From contig DASWIA010000056.1 of assembly GCA_036397895.1 (NCBI GenBank), positions 2,468 through 66,467 of the forward strand: DNA of 64,000 nucleotides, written 5' to 3'. The number at the start of each line of letters is the position of its first letter. Within the stretch, counting starts at the first letter, position 1. The position numbers and the translations under genes were made by a program. This DNA is from Acidimicrobiales bacterium. GTDB taxonomy: Bacteria; Actinomycetota; Acidimicrobiia; Acidimicrobiales; DASWIA01. Below, piece by piece: positions 1 through 10,418 of the stretch. The notes under the pieces are model-generated. The model was not told the origin of the DNA, ran no database searches, and was given only the letters and a program-made list of their open reading frames with translations.

Positions 1-33
1 CGGATCGGGTGATGTACCGAGGACCATGGAGTC

Positions 34-942
34 GTGCCGGTACCGGCTCTTCGCACCTACCACCACTCGTCCTTCGGCGCCGCCGACCTCGCCGCGGCGA
101 AGGACGGGCGCGTCGTGTCGGTGTGCATCCCCGCCCGCAACGAAGGACCGACGGTAGGCGGCATCGTGGCGTCGATCCGCAAGCATCTCGTCGAGCTCGC
201 ACCGGTGGTCGACGAGATCCTGGTGATCGACGACGGATCCACCGACGACACCGCCGACCGCTCTGCTGAAGCCGGCGCCCGAGTCGTGCCAGCCGGCGAG
301 GTGCTGAGCGACCACACCTCCGGACCCGGCAAGGGACAGGCCATGTGGAAGTCGGTGTACGCGGCACGGGGCGACTTGATCGTCTGGTGCGATGCCGACA
401 TCGCGAACTTCGGGCCGCGGTTCATCGTCGGGCTGCTGGGACCGCTTCTTGCCCACGACGACGTCGACATGGTGAAGGCGTTCTACGACCGGCCCTCGCG
501 CGACGGCACCGTGGGCGAGGGGGGACGCGTCACCGAGCTCGTCGCCCGTCCGCTGATCTCCCGGTTCTTCCCCCGACTCTCCGCCGTGGTGCAACCGCTC
601 GCTGGTGAGTACGGCGGGCGGCGTCAGGTGCTGGAGCAGCTCCCGTTCTCACCTGGGTACGGGGTCGACCTCGCGCTGCTCATCGACCTCGTCGATCGCG
701 TCGGTCTCGACGGCCTCGTCCAAGTCGACCTCGGCGTACGGGAGCATCGCAACCGCCCGCTCTCCGATCTCGGCCCTCAGGCGATGGCGATCATCGAGAT
801 GGTCTTGGGGCGTGCCGGCATCGATCAACCCGGCGCGGCCACGCTCATCCGTCCCGACCAGCCGCCGGTGACGGTCGAGGTCGACGATCTTCCCCCGCTC
901 GCCGACCTCGATCTCGATCTCGCCGCCCGCGAGAGTGCCTGA
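34..942 (+). CDS. gpgS: glucosyl-3-phosphoglycerate synthase (GT81-type glycosyltransferase)
   Basis: 302-aa ORF with GT-A motifs VSVCIPARNE, VIDDGSTDDT and WCDADI. Overall similarity to actinobacterial GpgS is recalled from memory. GTG start. Confidence 0.75.
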   Translation: MPVPALRTYHHSSFGAADLAAAKDGRVVSVCIPARNEGPTVGGIVASIRKHLVELAPVVDEILVIDDGSTDDTADRSAEAGARVVPAGEVLSDHTSGPGKGQAMWKSVYAARGDLIVWCDADIANFGPRFIVGLLGPLLAHDDVDMVKAFYDRPSRDGTVGEGGRVTELVARPLISRFFPRLSAVVQPLAGEYGGRRQVLEQLPFSPGYGVDLALLIDLVDRVGLDGLVQVDLGVREHRNRPLSDLGPQAMAIIEMVLGRAGIDQPGAATLIRPDQPPVTVEVDDLPPLADLDLDLAARESA

Positions 943-957
943 CCCTGGGCCGAGCCG

Positions 958-2133
958 TCAGTCTCGGGAGGGCTCGGACGGGACAACGGGGGGGTTCTCG
1001 TCACCGATCTTTTCGACGATCCCGACCGCCGGCTTCGCGTCCTCACGCTGCCAGTCCTCGCGGACGTCGTCGAGGGACTGACCCAGCACGTACATCCGCC
1101 ACAGGTGCCCGATCAGGATCTTGAGCACGGCCGCGGTGGGAACGGCGATGAGGAGGCCGAAGAATCCGCCGAGTGTCCCTCCCGCCAGCAGCGCCATCAT
1201 CACCGCGGCGGGGTGCAGGTGCACGGCGCGCTGCATGACGAGCGGGCTGATGAAGTGGTTGTCGATCTGCTGAGCCCCGGCCATGATCACTGCCACCCAC
1301 ACCGCGGTGCCGACATCGGCGGTGGTGAGGGCCACCACGACGCCCGGTACGGCACCAACCCACGGCCCGATGAGCGGAATGATGTTGAACACGCCGGCGA
1401 TCATTCCGATCAGCAACCAGAACGGAAGCTGGAGCACGGCCAGACCAGCCGAGACCATCACCCCGACGATGAACGCTACGAGGAGCTGTCCCCGGAAGAA
1501 CCCGCCGATGGCCCGGCTGAGGCGGCCCGCCACCACCGCAACCTCGTCGTGGAACGCCACGGGGACCAGGGACTCGCCAACCTTCAGGAGATGCGGAAGG
1601 TCGACAAGTAGGTAGAAGGCGATGATCGGTCCGAGAATGAAGATGAGGGCCAGCTCGAACAGGCGGGTGCCGACCTCGCGCACGGTGTCGAGCTGGGATC
1701 CCAGGTCCTTCTCGTCGCCGTTGAACCCGAGCTGGTCCTCGATCTCCGCGACGGTGGGCAACGAGATGATCCAGTTCTCCGAGTCCGCTGCCCGATCGTC
1801 GATCCACTTCTCGATCGACGCCCGGACCTCGGGCCACTCATCGGCCAGCTCGTCGGCCTGAGCGCGGATGAGCGGCGAGACCAGCAGCACCACCAGGACG
1901 AGCCCGCCGATGACGGCAGCGTAGGAGAGGGCGACGCCTCCGACCCGGGGGATGCCCCGCCGCTCCAGCCGGCTCACCACCGGGTTGAGCACGTAGACGA
2001 TGGCGCCGGCCAGGATCAGGGGCGGGAAGATCACCCGCAGCCACCACGCCACGAAACCGAGGAGCGTCAGCACGGCGATGATGCCCACGACCGCCCAGGC
2101 AGTCTGACCGGCCCCCCGGATGCGTTCCATCAC
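958..2133 (-). CDS. AI-2E family transporter (PerM/UPF0118-like membrane protein)
   Basis: 391-aa ORF with multiple hydrophobic segments and a typical PerM-like N-terminus and C-terminal core. Confidence 0.7.
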   Translation of the reverse strand: MMERIRGAGQTAWAVVGIIAVLTLLGFVAWWLRVIFPPLILAGAIVYVLNPVVSRLERRGIPRVGGVALSYAAVIGGLVLVVLLVSPLIRAQADELADEWPEVRASIEKWIDDRAADSENWIISLPTVAEIEDQLGFNGDEKDLGSQLDTVREVGTRLFELALIFILGPIIAFYLLVDLPHLLKVGESLVPVAFHDEVAVVAGRLSRAIGGFFRGQLLVAFIVGVMVSAGLAVLQLPFWLLIGMIAGVFNIIPLIGPWVGAVPGVVVALTTADVGTAVWVAVIMAGAQQIDNHFISPLVMQRAVHLHPAAVMMALLAGGTLGGFFGLLIAVPTAAVLKILIGHLWRMYVLGQSLDDVREDWQREDAKPAVGIVEKIGDENPPVVPSEPSRD

Positions 2134-2149
2134 GACGACATCACGGACG

Positions 2150-3145
2150 TCAGGGTACGAGACTGCTCGTAACGACGGTGGCGATCAGCGAAAGCGGGTC
2201 GGTCATCGACTTCGACCGCCCGAACCGCTCGGTGAGCGACACGACCTCGACCCCCGCGGGTATGTCGACGCCGGCGGCGCTGGATCCCACGATGGCCAGC
2301 ACCGGGACCGCAAGCTCTGCCGCCATCTCGGCAACGCCGCCCACCACCTTGCCCTTGAAGGACTGCTCATCGAGATACCCCTCGCCGGTGATCACGAGAT
2401 CGGCTCCCACCAGGTGTTCGGCAAGGTCGACCTCCTCGGCCACCAGCTCGAACCCCGACCCCAGGTTGGCGCCCACGGCGGCGAGCCCACCGGCCAGCCC
2501 ACCCGCAGCACCCGATCCCGGGATGTCGGTGACGTCGATGCCGTGATCCTCCTCGTAGAGCTGGGCCAAGCGCTCGAGTCGTCGCCGAAGCAGCGCGACC
2601 TGTGCTCGTGTCGCGCCCTTCTGAGCCGCGAACAGGTCGGCGGCCTCGAGGAACGTGGCATCGACGTCGCAGGCGACCACCAGCGCGACGCCCCTGAGGC
2701 GGACCAGCGGTTCGATGGCTCGAAGCGCCCCCAGTCCCCCATCGGTGGTGGCCGATCCGCCGACAGCAACGAGGATGCGACGGCACCCCCCGTCCAGCGC
2801 AGCAGAGATCAGCTCGCCGGTGCCGTAGGTCGATGCGGCCACCGCATCGTTGCCCTTGGGACCACCCACCAGCTCGAGTCCCGAGGCCCGCGCCATCTCG
2901 ATGACCGCGTCGTTACGAGCTCGCCGCCAACCGGCCTCTACGACATCGCCGAGCGGGCCGGTAACCGGCGTCGTCCGGTTCGCTCCACCGAGGACGTCGA
3001 GCGTGCCTTCGCCCCCATCGGCTAGCGGGATGAGGGTGCACGAGCCGCCCACCTGCTCCACGGCGCGGCCGATCGCACCGGCGACGGTAGGCGCGTCGAC
3101 CGTGCCGCGGAACTTGTCGGGGGCCGCGATGACACGAGGGGGCAC
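2150..3145 (-). CDS. glycerate kinase
   Basis: 331 aa. N-terminal APDKFRGT...LADGGEGT motif is typical of the glycerate kinase family. GTG start lies 6 nt from the divergent otsA start. Confidence 0.8.
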   Translation of the reverse strand: MPPRVIAAPDKFRGTVDAPTVAGAIGRAVEQVGGSCTLIPLADGGEGTLDVLGGANRTTPVTGPLGDVVEAGWRRARNDAVIEMARASGLELVGGPKGNDAVAASTYGTGELISAALDGGCRRILVAVGGSATTDGGLGALRAIEPLVRLRGVALVVACDVDATFLEAADLFAAQKGATRAQVALLRRRLERLAQLYEEDHGIDVTDIPGSGAAGGLAGGLAAVGANLGSGFELVAEEVDLAEHLVGADLVITGEGYLDEQSFKGKVVGGVAEMAAELAVPVLAIVGSSAAGVDIPAGVEVVSLTERFGRSKSMTDPLSLIATVVTSSLVP

Positions 3146-3151
3146 GGCCCT

Positions 3152-4564
3152 ATGGTGGCCGATGTGGAAGCGACCGACCGGAAGGCCCAGCCGCCGCTCG
3201 TCATCGTGTCCAACCGGGGCCCCGTGAGCTTCGCCCGCGGATCTGACGGATCGGTGTCGGCCCGACGGGGCGGCGGCGGTTTCGCGGCGACGACGGCCAC
3301 GCTGGTGGCCGACCGCGAGGTCACGTGGGTAGCCGCGTCGATGACGGGAGCCGACCGTGAGATGGCGGCGGCCGGGGACTACATCGATGGGGCCATGCGA
3401 CTACGACTGATCGATCTTGATCCCGACCTACAGCAGCACTTCTACGGCACCGTCTCGAATGAGACGTTGTGGTTCATCCACCACGGGATGTTCGACCTGG
3501 TGCGCGAACCGGGGTTCGATCGCCAATGGCGGCGGGCGTGGGACGACTACATCGGCGCCAACGAGCAGTTCGCGGCGGCGGTGAGCGAGCTGGCTCCGTC
3601 GGGAGCCAGCGTGCTCGTGCAGGACTACCACCTGTCGCTGGTCGGAGGGCTCCTGCGTGACCGGCGGCCGGACCTCCGCACCGTTCACTTCCACCACACG
3701 CCGTTCTGCGGTCCGAACTCGATCCGGATCCTCCCCGCCGATGTCGCCACCACGCTGTTGTCGGGACTGGCCGCCAGCTCCGCCTGCGGGTTCCACAGCC
3801 AACGCTGGGCAAATGCCTTCGCCGCGTGCTGCGAGTGGGTGCTCGGACCCGACTCCGCTCCACCCACGTTCGTTGCACCGCTCGGGCCCGATCCCGACGA
3901 CATCTGCAGAGTTGCGGCGTCGGCAGCCTGCGCCGAGGCCGGTCGAGCTCTCGACGATGTCATCGGCGACTGTCTCGTCGTCGCACGCACCGACCGCATT
4001 GAACCATCGAAGAACGTCGTGCGGGGCTTCCAGGCCTTCGACGAGCTGCTGGAGTCCTATCCCCAGTGGCGGGAGCGGGCTGTCTTCGTAGCGTCGATGT
4101 ACCCCTCTCGATCGGGATTGAAGGCCTACGAGCGCTACCGCGCCGAGGTTGACGCCGCCATCGACGAGATCAACGGCCGGTGGGCCACCGCCGAGTGGTC
4201 GCCGATCGTCGCCTTGATCGGTGACGACTTCCCGCGCTCGGTGGCTCTGCTCCGCCGTTACGACGTGCTCTTGGTGAACCCGATCAAGGATGGGCTCAAC
4301 CTCGTGGCCAGCGAGGGCCCGCTCGTCAACGATCGCCACGGGGTGCTCGCCCTGTCGCGCGACGCCGGCGCCTTCGACCTGTTCGACGGGGCAGCGCTCG
4401 AGGTGCACCCCTACGACATCGCCGGCACCGCCGATCTTCTGCACGCGGCGCTGTCCATGCCCGATGGCCAGCGAAGGGATCACGCGGCCGAGGTCGCCCG
4501 ACGAGCCCGTCTCCGATCGCCGTCGGCGTGGTTGGCCGACCAGCTCTCGGCAGAGAACCGGTGA
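3152..4564 (+). CDS. otsA: alpha,alpha-trehalose-phosphate synthase (GT20)
   Basis: 470 aa with LVIVSNRGPVSF and VQDYHL motifs and GT20 length. Confidence 0.85.
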   Translation: MVADVEATDRKAQPPLVIVSNRGPVSFARGSDGSVSARRGGGGFAATTATLVADREVTWVAASMTGADREMAAAGDYIDGAMRLRLIDLDPDLQQHFYGTVSNETLWFIHHGMFDLVREPGFDRQWRRAWDDYIGANEQFAAAVSELAPSGASVLVQDYHLSLVGGLLRDRRPDLRTVHFHHTPFCGPNSIRILPADVATTLLSGLAASSACGFHSQRWANAFAACCEWVLGPDSAPPTFVAPLGPDPDDICRVAASAACAEAGRALDDVIGDCLVVARTDRIEPSKNVVRGFQAFDELLESYPQWRERAVFVASMYPSRSGLKAYERYRAEVDAAIDEINGRWATAEWSPIVALIGDDFPRSVALLRRYDVLLVNPIKDGLNLVASEGPLVNDRHGVLALSRDAGAFDLFDGAALEVHPYDIAGTADLLHAALSMPDGQRRDHAAEVARRARLRSPSAWLADQLSAENR

Positions 4565-4592
4565 CCCGCCGATCATCTCCTGCCACCGAGCC

Positions 4593-5387
4593 CTACCGGG
4601 CGACAGGTCCGGTCGCGGCGAGGGTGCCGAGGTAGGCGGCGACACCGGGGGGGCCGTCCAGCACCAGGTCCGCTCGATCGATCAGCTCGCCGGGTGCCTC
4701 GGCGCTGTTGACCGCGATCCGAACCACAGTGCGCCCACGGTCAGCGAGCACGTCGAGGGCGTCGAAGGCGTCGAGATCGCCTCGGTCGTCGCCGAGGAAC
4801 ACCACCGTTGCCGCATCGCCAGCCAGGTCGGTCACCGCGGTGCCCTTGGAGACACCGATCGGTGGGTGCAGCTCGACGGACTGCTTGGCGACGCGAGCCT
4901 CCAATCCGGTCTCCCGGGCCACGCCGGTCGCCCAGCGGTGCACCTGCTCGTCGTGGTGGGGACAGGAACGGAAGTGGATCGTGAGAGACGGGCCCTTGGG
5001 TTCGACGCCCACGTCCGCCGGCAGCTCGCTTCGGGCCCGCTCAGCGACGACATCGGCGACTTCGGTCCACGAATCTGCGCCGACGTGCGTCCCGTCGGTT
5101 CCGTCTCGACGCCACTCGATGCCGTAGAGCGCGACCACGTCGATCACCGGGGGAAGCAGCGCGGTGAGAAACGCTCGGGACCGCCCGGAGATGACACCCA
5201 CGCTGACCCCGCGTTCGGCCAGGGCGACGAGCGCCTCCACCGCACCCGCCACGGGGCGAGCTTCAGCCGGATCGGCCACGATCTCGGCCAGCGTGCCGTC
5301 GAAGTCGGTGAGCACCGCGACGTCTCCAGGCGAACGGTGAACGGCCGTCACCACGCGATCATCGGGATCGGTCGTGCCGGAGCGCAT
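4593..5387 (-). CDS. otsB: trehalose-phosphatase (HAD superfamily)
   Basis: HAD motif I is LTDFDGTL and motif IV is LGDDRGD. Start set at internal ATG (codon 89 of the 352-aa track ORF) because the upstream extension is low-complexity. Confidence 0.7.
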   Translation of the reverse strand: MRSGTTDPDDRVVTAVHRSPGDVAVLTDFDGTLAEIVADPAEARPVAGAVEALVALAERGVSVGVISGRSRAFLTALLPPVIDVVALYGIEWRRDGTDGTHVGADSWTEVADVVAERARSELPADVGVEPKGPSLTIHFRSCPHHDEQVHRWATGVARETGLEARVAKQSVELHPPIGVSKGTAVTDLAGDAATVVFLGDDRGDLDAFDALDVLADRGRTVVRIAVNSAEAPGELIDRADLVLDGPPGVAAYLGTLAATGPVAR

Positions 5388-5433
5388 CGATGAGAGCGTA
5401 GGAGCCCGTCGCTCCGGGCTACCGTCGGTCGTC

Positions 5434-6219
5434 GTGAGATCGACCCCTCGGGCCGTGATCGTCGCGCTGACCCTCACCTCCCTGCTCGTTACCGCCTGCG
5501 GGGAATCGGACCTCGTCACAGTGGGAGGAGTGCCACCTGTGGGGACCGAGCACGCGTTCGTGCTCGTGGTCGAGACGGTCACCGACACCGACATCGCCGG
5601 TGCCGAACCCCGCGCGGAACGAGAGCGGGTCGAGCTGCCCGTTCGACACACCTACATCGGCACCGACGATCGCGGCTCACTGGTCGAGGTCCGCTTCGGT
5701 GGAGCCAGTGCCGCACCGTTGGAGGTGGTGCTCGATCCGGTCGGTCGGCTGCTCGCCGTCTCCGACGCTCAGGCGGCCGGTCTCGGTGATGTCGCCGATC
5801 TGCTCGGGCCCGGTGAGCTCTTCACACCCGGGATAGGCCTCCCCGCGGCGCCGGTGCGTCCCGGTGAGCGATGGGAGTTCGAGGATGAGGCGCGGCTTCC
5901 CGGTGTGGCGGAACCGGTGAGGCTCCGCGGATGGGCCCGGCTCGATCGGCTCGAAGTCGTCGACGGACGAGACGCGGCGCGGGTGGTGACCCGCTTCTCA
6001 TACGACCTCGTCCGCCAGGTCGGCGAGATCACACTCGACGGGACCACATCGAGCGAGGTGGTCTCGACCGTCGATCTGGAGACCGGAGTGGTGTTGGCGG
6101 CCACGACCACGACGACGGGCCGCTTCGATGTGGTGGTGTCATCACCAGCGGGCCTTCGAACCGAAGGAACGGTGGGTGTGACAGCAATGGCGACGCTGCG
6201 CAGCACGCCATCGGAGTGA
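5434..6219 (+). CDS. putative lipoprotein, function unknown
   Basis: Lipobox LLVTAC follows a basic and hydrophobic leader. GTG at 5434 is preferred over 5374, which would overlap the divergent otsB start. Confidence 0.5.
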   Translation: MRSTPRAVIVALTLTSLLVTACGESDLVTVGGVPPVGTEHAFVLVVETVTDTDIAGAEPRAERERVELPVRHTYIGTDDRGSLVEVRFGGASAAPLEVVLDPVGRLLAVSDAQAAGLGDVADLLGPGELFTPGIGLPAAPVRPGERWEFEDEARLPGVAEPVRLRGWARLDRLEVVDGRDAARVVTRFSYDLVRQVGEITLDGTTSSEVVSTVDLETGVVLAATTTTTGRFDVVVSSPAGLRTEGTVGVTAMATLRSTPSE

Positions 6220-6226
6220 CCGGAGG

Positions 6227-6856
6227 TCAGCCTCCGGCGTCGTTCGCCTCGTCGCCAGCGGCAACGGTGGTGGTGCTCGCCGTGCCGCTGGCCAATGCGT
6301 TGTCGAGGACCACGAGGACGTTGGTACCACGGGCGTCGTCCACCGGCGACGGGGTCGGCAGGGGCAGGACCCGTTCCACGGCGACGCCCAGCTCGAGCGC
6401 GACGAGACGGGCTTCAGCCTGGAATCCAGCCCCGTAATAGACGGCAGCCGAGCTGGCCGGCGACGTGGTGTTGGTGGCCGAGAGCACGTTGTAGCCCTTG
6501 GTCTTGAGCTGATCGCTGACCTTGCCGGCGGCTCCCTTCACATCAGAGCCGTTGGCCACCAGGACCTTGACCTCGCCCGGTGGACGAGGTTCGGCGGCCG
6601 CCGGCTGCTCGGCGTCACCCTCACCCTCACCCTCCGCCTCGCCTTCGCCCTCATCCTCGGCTGGGGCCGCCTCCCCGTCGTCGGTGGGGGTGGTTGTTGC
6701 CGATGCGGCGACGCCGGTGCTGGGCGCGGGGTCATCGTTGGCGTTGAGGAGAAGGAATCCGACGAGGACGGCGGCGGCGATCAGCGCCGTGCCCCGCACG
6801 GCGGCGCCACCCGCGGATCGGCTGAATGAACCGTCGTCGGCGCGATGTTCGCTCAT
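6227..6856 (-). CDS. LytR C-terminal domain-containing membrane-anchored protein
   Basis: N-terminal TM segment, acidic Gly/Glu-rich linker, and a C-terminal VKVLVANGSDVKGAAGKV...GY motif typical of the LytR_C domain. Confidence 0.6.
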   Translation of the reverse strand: MSEHRADDGSFSRSAGGAAVRGTALIAAAVLVGFLLLNANDDPAPSTGVAASATTTPTDDGEAAPAEDEGEGEAEGEGEGDAEQPAAAEPRPPGEVKVLVANGSDVKGAAGKVSDQLKTKGYNVLSATNTTSPASSAAVYYGAGFQAEARLVALELGVAVERVLPLPTPSPVDDARGTNVLVVLDNALASGTASTTTVAAGDEANDAGG

Positions 6857-7113
6857 GTCGCTGTTCGTCCCTGGTCGTGGTTGGTGTCGACGCGGGCCCG
6901 ACGGCGCCGCATGCGCTCACGACGGAGGCGGCGCACGACAAGTGGGTCGTGAGCCTCGGCGTCGGGCCGGTCGGCCAGCTCGGCGAGGAGCTTGCCATAG
7001 TCGGCGGCCGACAGATCGAACTGCTCGCGGACGTTTGCGCCCTTGGGGCCCGGCTGGGTCCACCACGATCGCTCGAAGTCGAGAACTGCCCGTTCGAAGT
7101 CGGTGAGTGCCAC
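6853..7113 (-). CDS. DUF3263 domain protein
   Basis: LTDFERAVLDFERSWW...REQFDLS...Y signature. GTG start at 7113 chosen. The longer 178-aa track ORF would overlap the gene on the opposite strand. Confidence 0.55.
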   Translation of the reverse strand: MALTDFERAVLDFERSWWTQPGPKGANVREQFDLSAADYGKLLAELADRPDAEAHDPLVVRRLRRERMRRRRARVDTNHDQGRTAT

Positions 7114-7164
7114 GGCTCGAAGCCTGACCGCGGCCGGGACCCGAATCAAGCACCGCCCCGGTAG

Positions 7165-8421
7165 GTGGGTGTGGCCGGGATCCTGCGCCGGTTCGCTCGC
7201 CTGCCCGCGGTACCGGTCGTCGTCCGCGTAGGTGAGAATGGGACGAACACCCGCCACAGGAGTGAGCACCTGACCGACACTGCCACCGGCCGCGATCCGC
7301 GAGAGCTGTACCGGAAGGGCGCCGAGATCGCCTCCGACCCCGACGCCATCGTCGAGATCGGACGGTCGGTCACCGATGAGGTCGAGCACACCGTCATCGA
7401 CAACGCCGATGCCATCTTCACGTGGGACTACGGCCGTTCACGGGCTGCACTCGTCAAGCTCTATGAGAAGGCCAAGTCGTCACAGTGGAACGCTTCGACT
7501 GATCTGGATTGGTCGACGCCCGTGGACATCGAGAAGGTCGCCATGTCCATGGGTGGCTGGGGTGGGGCCAGGGAGCGATTCGGGGGATCCGGCGGTGTGC
7601 TCGGGTCATGGGGCGACGCGGAGTGGATGACCTACGGCATCGAGTCGCAGAAGAACACGCTCAGCCAGTTCCTTCACGGTGAGCAGGGGGCGCTCATCTG
7701 CACCGCGAAGATCGTCGAGTCCGTGCCGTGGATCGACGCCAAGTACTACGCCTCCACCCAGGTGATGGACGAGGCCCGCCACGTGGAGGTGTTCGGTCGC
7801 TACCTCGACGAGAAGCTCGAAGGGCACTACCCCATCAACCCCCACCTGCGGGTGCTGCTCGACGACATCATCGCCGACCACCGCTGGGACATCACCTACC
7901 TGGGCATGCAGATCATGGTGGAGGGCTTGGCCCTCGCCGCCTTCGGCGCCATGCACCACATGTGTGACGAGCCGCTGCTGCGCAAGCTGCTGCGCTACGT
8001 CATGTCCGACGAGGCGCGCCACGTCGCCTTCGGCGTGCTGTCGCTCAAGGAGATCTACGACGACATGTCGGCGAGTGAGATCCGCCAACGCCAGGAGTTC
8101 GCCTACGACGCCGCTGTTCGGCTGCGCAACCGCTGGTTCCACACCGACATCTGGGAGCGCATGGGCGCCGATCCCAACAGGATCGTCGCCGAGATGATCG
8201 ACAACCCGCATCGCCACGAGCTCCAGTTCCGGTCGTTGTTGTTCTCCAAGATCGTGCCCAACTGCAAGAAGCTGGGGCTGCTGGACGCCGGAGACGGCTG
8301 GCTACGCCAGAAGTTCACAGAGCTGGGCATCATCGAGTTCGAGGACTTCGTCGACACCGGCGAGGAGTACGAGATGTTGGACGAGGTGGCCAAGGACCGC
8401 CAGGCTGCTGCCTCGGCGTAA
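7165..8421 (+). CDS. ferritin-like diiron-carboxylate protein (AurF-like diiron oxygenase family)
   Basis: Two E..EARH motifs (MDEARHVE, SDEARHVAFG) with upstream Glu-containing helices. No in-frame ATG/GTG lies downstream of 7171, so the long N-terminus stands. Confidence 0.55.
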   Translation: MGVAGILRRFARLPAVPVVVRVGENGTNTRHRSEHLTDTATGRDPRELYRKGAEIASDPDAIVEIGRSVTDEVEHTVIDNADAIFTWDYGRSRAALVKLYEKAKSSQWNASTDLDWSTPVDIEKVAMSMGGWGGARERFGGSGGVLGSWGDAEWMTYGIESQKNTLSQFLHGEQGALICTAKIVESVPWIDAKYYASTQVMDEARHVEVFGRYLDEKLEGHYPINPHLRVLLDDIIADHRWDITYLGMQIMVEGLALAAFGAMHHMCDEPLLRKLLRYVMSDEARHVAFGVLSLKEIYDDMSASEIRQRQEFAYDAAVRLRNRWFHTDIWERMGADPNRIVAEMIDNPHRHELQFRSLLFSKIVPNCKKLGLLDAGDGWLRQKFTELGIIEFEDFVDTGEEYEMLDEVAKDRQAAASA

Positions 8422-8435
8422 CCTGCGCCGGTCCC

Positions 8436-8508
8436 GCCGGTGTAGCTCAGTTGGCAGAGCAGCCGCCTTGTAAGCGGCAGGTCGTCGGTTCGATTCCGAC
8501 CACCGGCT
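8436..8508 (+). tRNA. tRNA-Thr (anticodon UGU)
   Basis: Hand-folded cloverleaf. Acceptor GCCGGTG/CACCGGC, D stem GCTC/GAGC, anticodon stem GCCGC/GCGGC with loop CTTGTAA, T stem GTCGG/CCGAC, T loop TTCGATT. Confidence 0.9.
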
Positions 8509-8518
8509 CGTCGGTGAC
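8465..8518 (+). repeat. attL-like direct repeat (3' half of tRNA-Thr plus 10 nt)
   Basis: 53 of 54 nt identical to 13043..13096. Imperfect similarity (11/13) continues for 13 more nt. Confidence 0.85.
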
Positions 8519-8963
8519 CTGGGCTTTCGCGTTGTTGCCCGCGGGCCGGCGGGTGGCGCGAGGGCCGATCTGCAAACAATGCACCATCTCGACCGGGTCC
8601 GGTGACATTGTGGCCCGTCCCCAAAACACGCGAGCCTCAAGCGCCCGTCGCTGCCCTCCAAGGCCGGTTACACGGATGATCAATTGGGCATCGCCTTGTC
8701 TTCCGCACGAGGCCGGGGGCATGCCGGGATGAACCAGTTCCCGTGCCTGATCCGATCATCGACGGTCGGCGGGGAGGCCCGCTACGTGCTGGGCGATCCG
8801 CTCGTCGACTCTCATCGTGAGCCACCATCGCGAGGTATTCCCTCGTCACTCGACCCCGCTGCTCATCCGCTCTACCTGTTCGTCCCCCACCACCTGATCG
8901 ACGACGACGCGATCGAGGCGCGCGCCGCGTCGGGCGCCTCGACCTGGCGAAGGAGAAGGCTCG

Positions 8964-10418
8964 CTACGGTGCCGACACGACCGGCGGTGTGGGCGTGTCG
9001 CACTCGCCCGAGGCGAGGTAGGCCGTCCATCCGCCGTGGTGGGTGATGTCGGGCGCGCCGGCCACCGCGTAGGACTCGCACACGAAGCCCTGGACCGCCG
9101 TGCCGTCGGCCAGCTCGATGGTGCCGATGCCGAGCGGCGCCGGGATGCCGGCGACGAACGAGCCGAAGCCGTCGGTCGGGAGCCGCCACACCTCGGTGGC
9201 GACCTGTGCGCCGTCCTCGGCCACACGCACGAGGCCGGGCTTCGGGGGCACCGTCGGCAGCGCCGACAGCCGGTACGCGGGCGCGGTCAGGACGGCGGCG
9301 ACGAAGTGGCCACCCCGGTCTGTCAGCTGGTGGTTCAGCGGCTGGCCGCTGAGATGCGCCCCCACGACGACCACGTCGGTCCACCCGACCCACGCCGGGG
9401 GGAACGGGTCTGGCTCGCCGGCGAGCCGGGCGCCGGCGGTGACCACCACCGGATCGGCGAAGGCGGGCCCGAGGAAGGTGACGCCGAAGGGCACGCCGTC
9501 GTCGCGCCACCCGCAGGGCACCGCCGCCGCGCACAGGTCGAGCGGGTTGGCACCCGCCGTGAAGGTCCCCATGCGGAGGTTCACCTCGAGCGGGTCGGCG
9601 GCGACGGCGGCGATCGTCGGGGCCTCGCCGACCGTGGGGACGGCCACCACGTCGAGGTCGAGCCACCATGCCGCCACCGCCCGGCGCAGGGCGTGGAGCC
9701 GGCTGCGGGCGGTTCCCGAGGACGCCGCGTCGATCGAGCCGCCCCGGGCGATGATCGTCGCCACCGTCGGGTCGGCGCCCTCGCGATGGGCCGCCAGGAA
9801 CTCGCCGACCACCGCGTAGCGCTCGGGCAGGAACGCGGCGCCGTAAACGAGCTGACCGGCTTCGAGGTACGGCGACAGGTCGACCTCGCGCACGGGGCCG
9901 AGGCGCGACAGCTCCTTGCTGGCTCGCTCCCATGCGCCGGTGGCATGGGCGTCGAGGGCCGTGAGGTCGGCGGCGCGCGGCACGCCGATGCGCAATGGCC
10001 CCCGCGGCACGACCGGCGTGCCGATCGGGATCGGTCGGGTGCCGCCGGCCATGGTGGAGAGCGCGCCGGCTGCCTCGCCCACCGTGCGGGCGAAGACGGA
10101 GACGCAGTCGAGCGAATCGCACGCCGGCACGACGCCGTCGGTGCTGACGAGGTCGACGGTCGGCTTCAGCCCGACGATCCCGCACAGGGCGGCCGGCACG
10201 CGCCCGGAGCCCGCGGTGTCGGTGCCGATGCCGAGGTCGGCCTCGCCGATGGCCACGGCCACCGCCGATCCGGAGCTCGAGCCACCGGTGACACGGTCGG
10301 CAACATGGGGGTTGGCGGCCACGCCGTAGGGCGAGCGCGTCCCGACGAGGCCGGTGGCGAACTGGTCGAGATTGGTCTTCCCCACGACTACGCAGCCGTC
10401 GTCGACGAGCCGCTGCAC
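8964..10418 (-). pseudogene. allophanate hydrolase-type amidase, N-terminally truncated
   Basis: The ORF begins at GKTNLDQFATGL and retains GGSSSGSAVAVA and the C-terminal allophanate-hydrolase-like domain. It lacks about 110 N-terminal residues, including the catalytic Lys region of the amidase signature family. Confidence 0.55.

Noticed and set aside
5374-5433. Upstream GTG start for the lipoprotein gene, overlapping the divergent otsB start by 14 nt
   Set aside because: Divergent start overlap is unlikely. GTG at 5434 yields a compact lipoprotein signal peptide.
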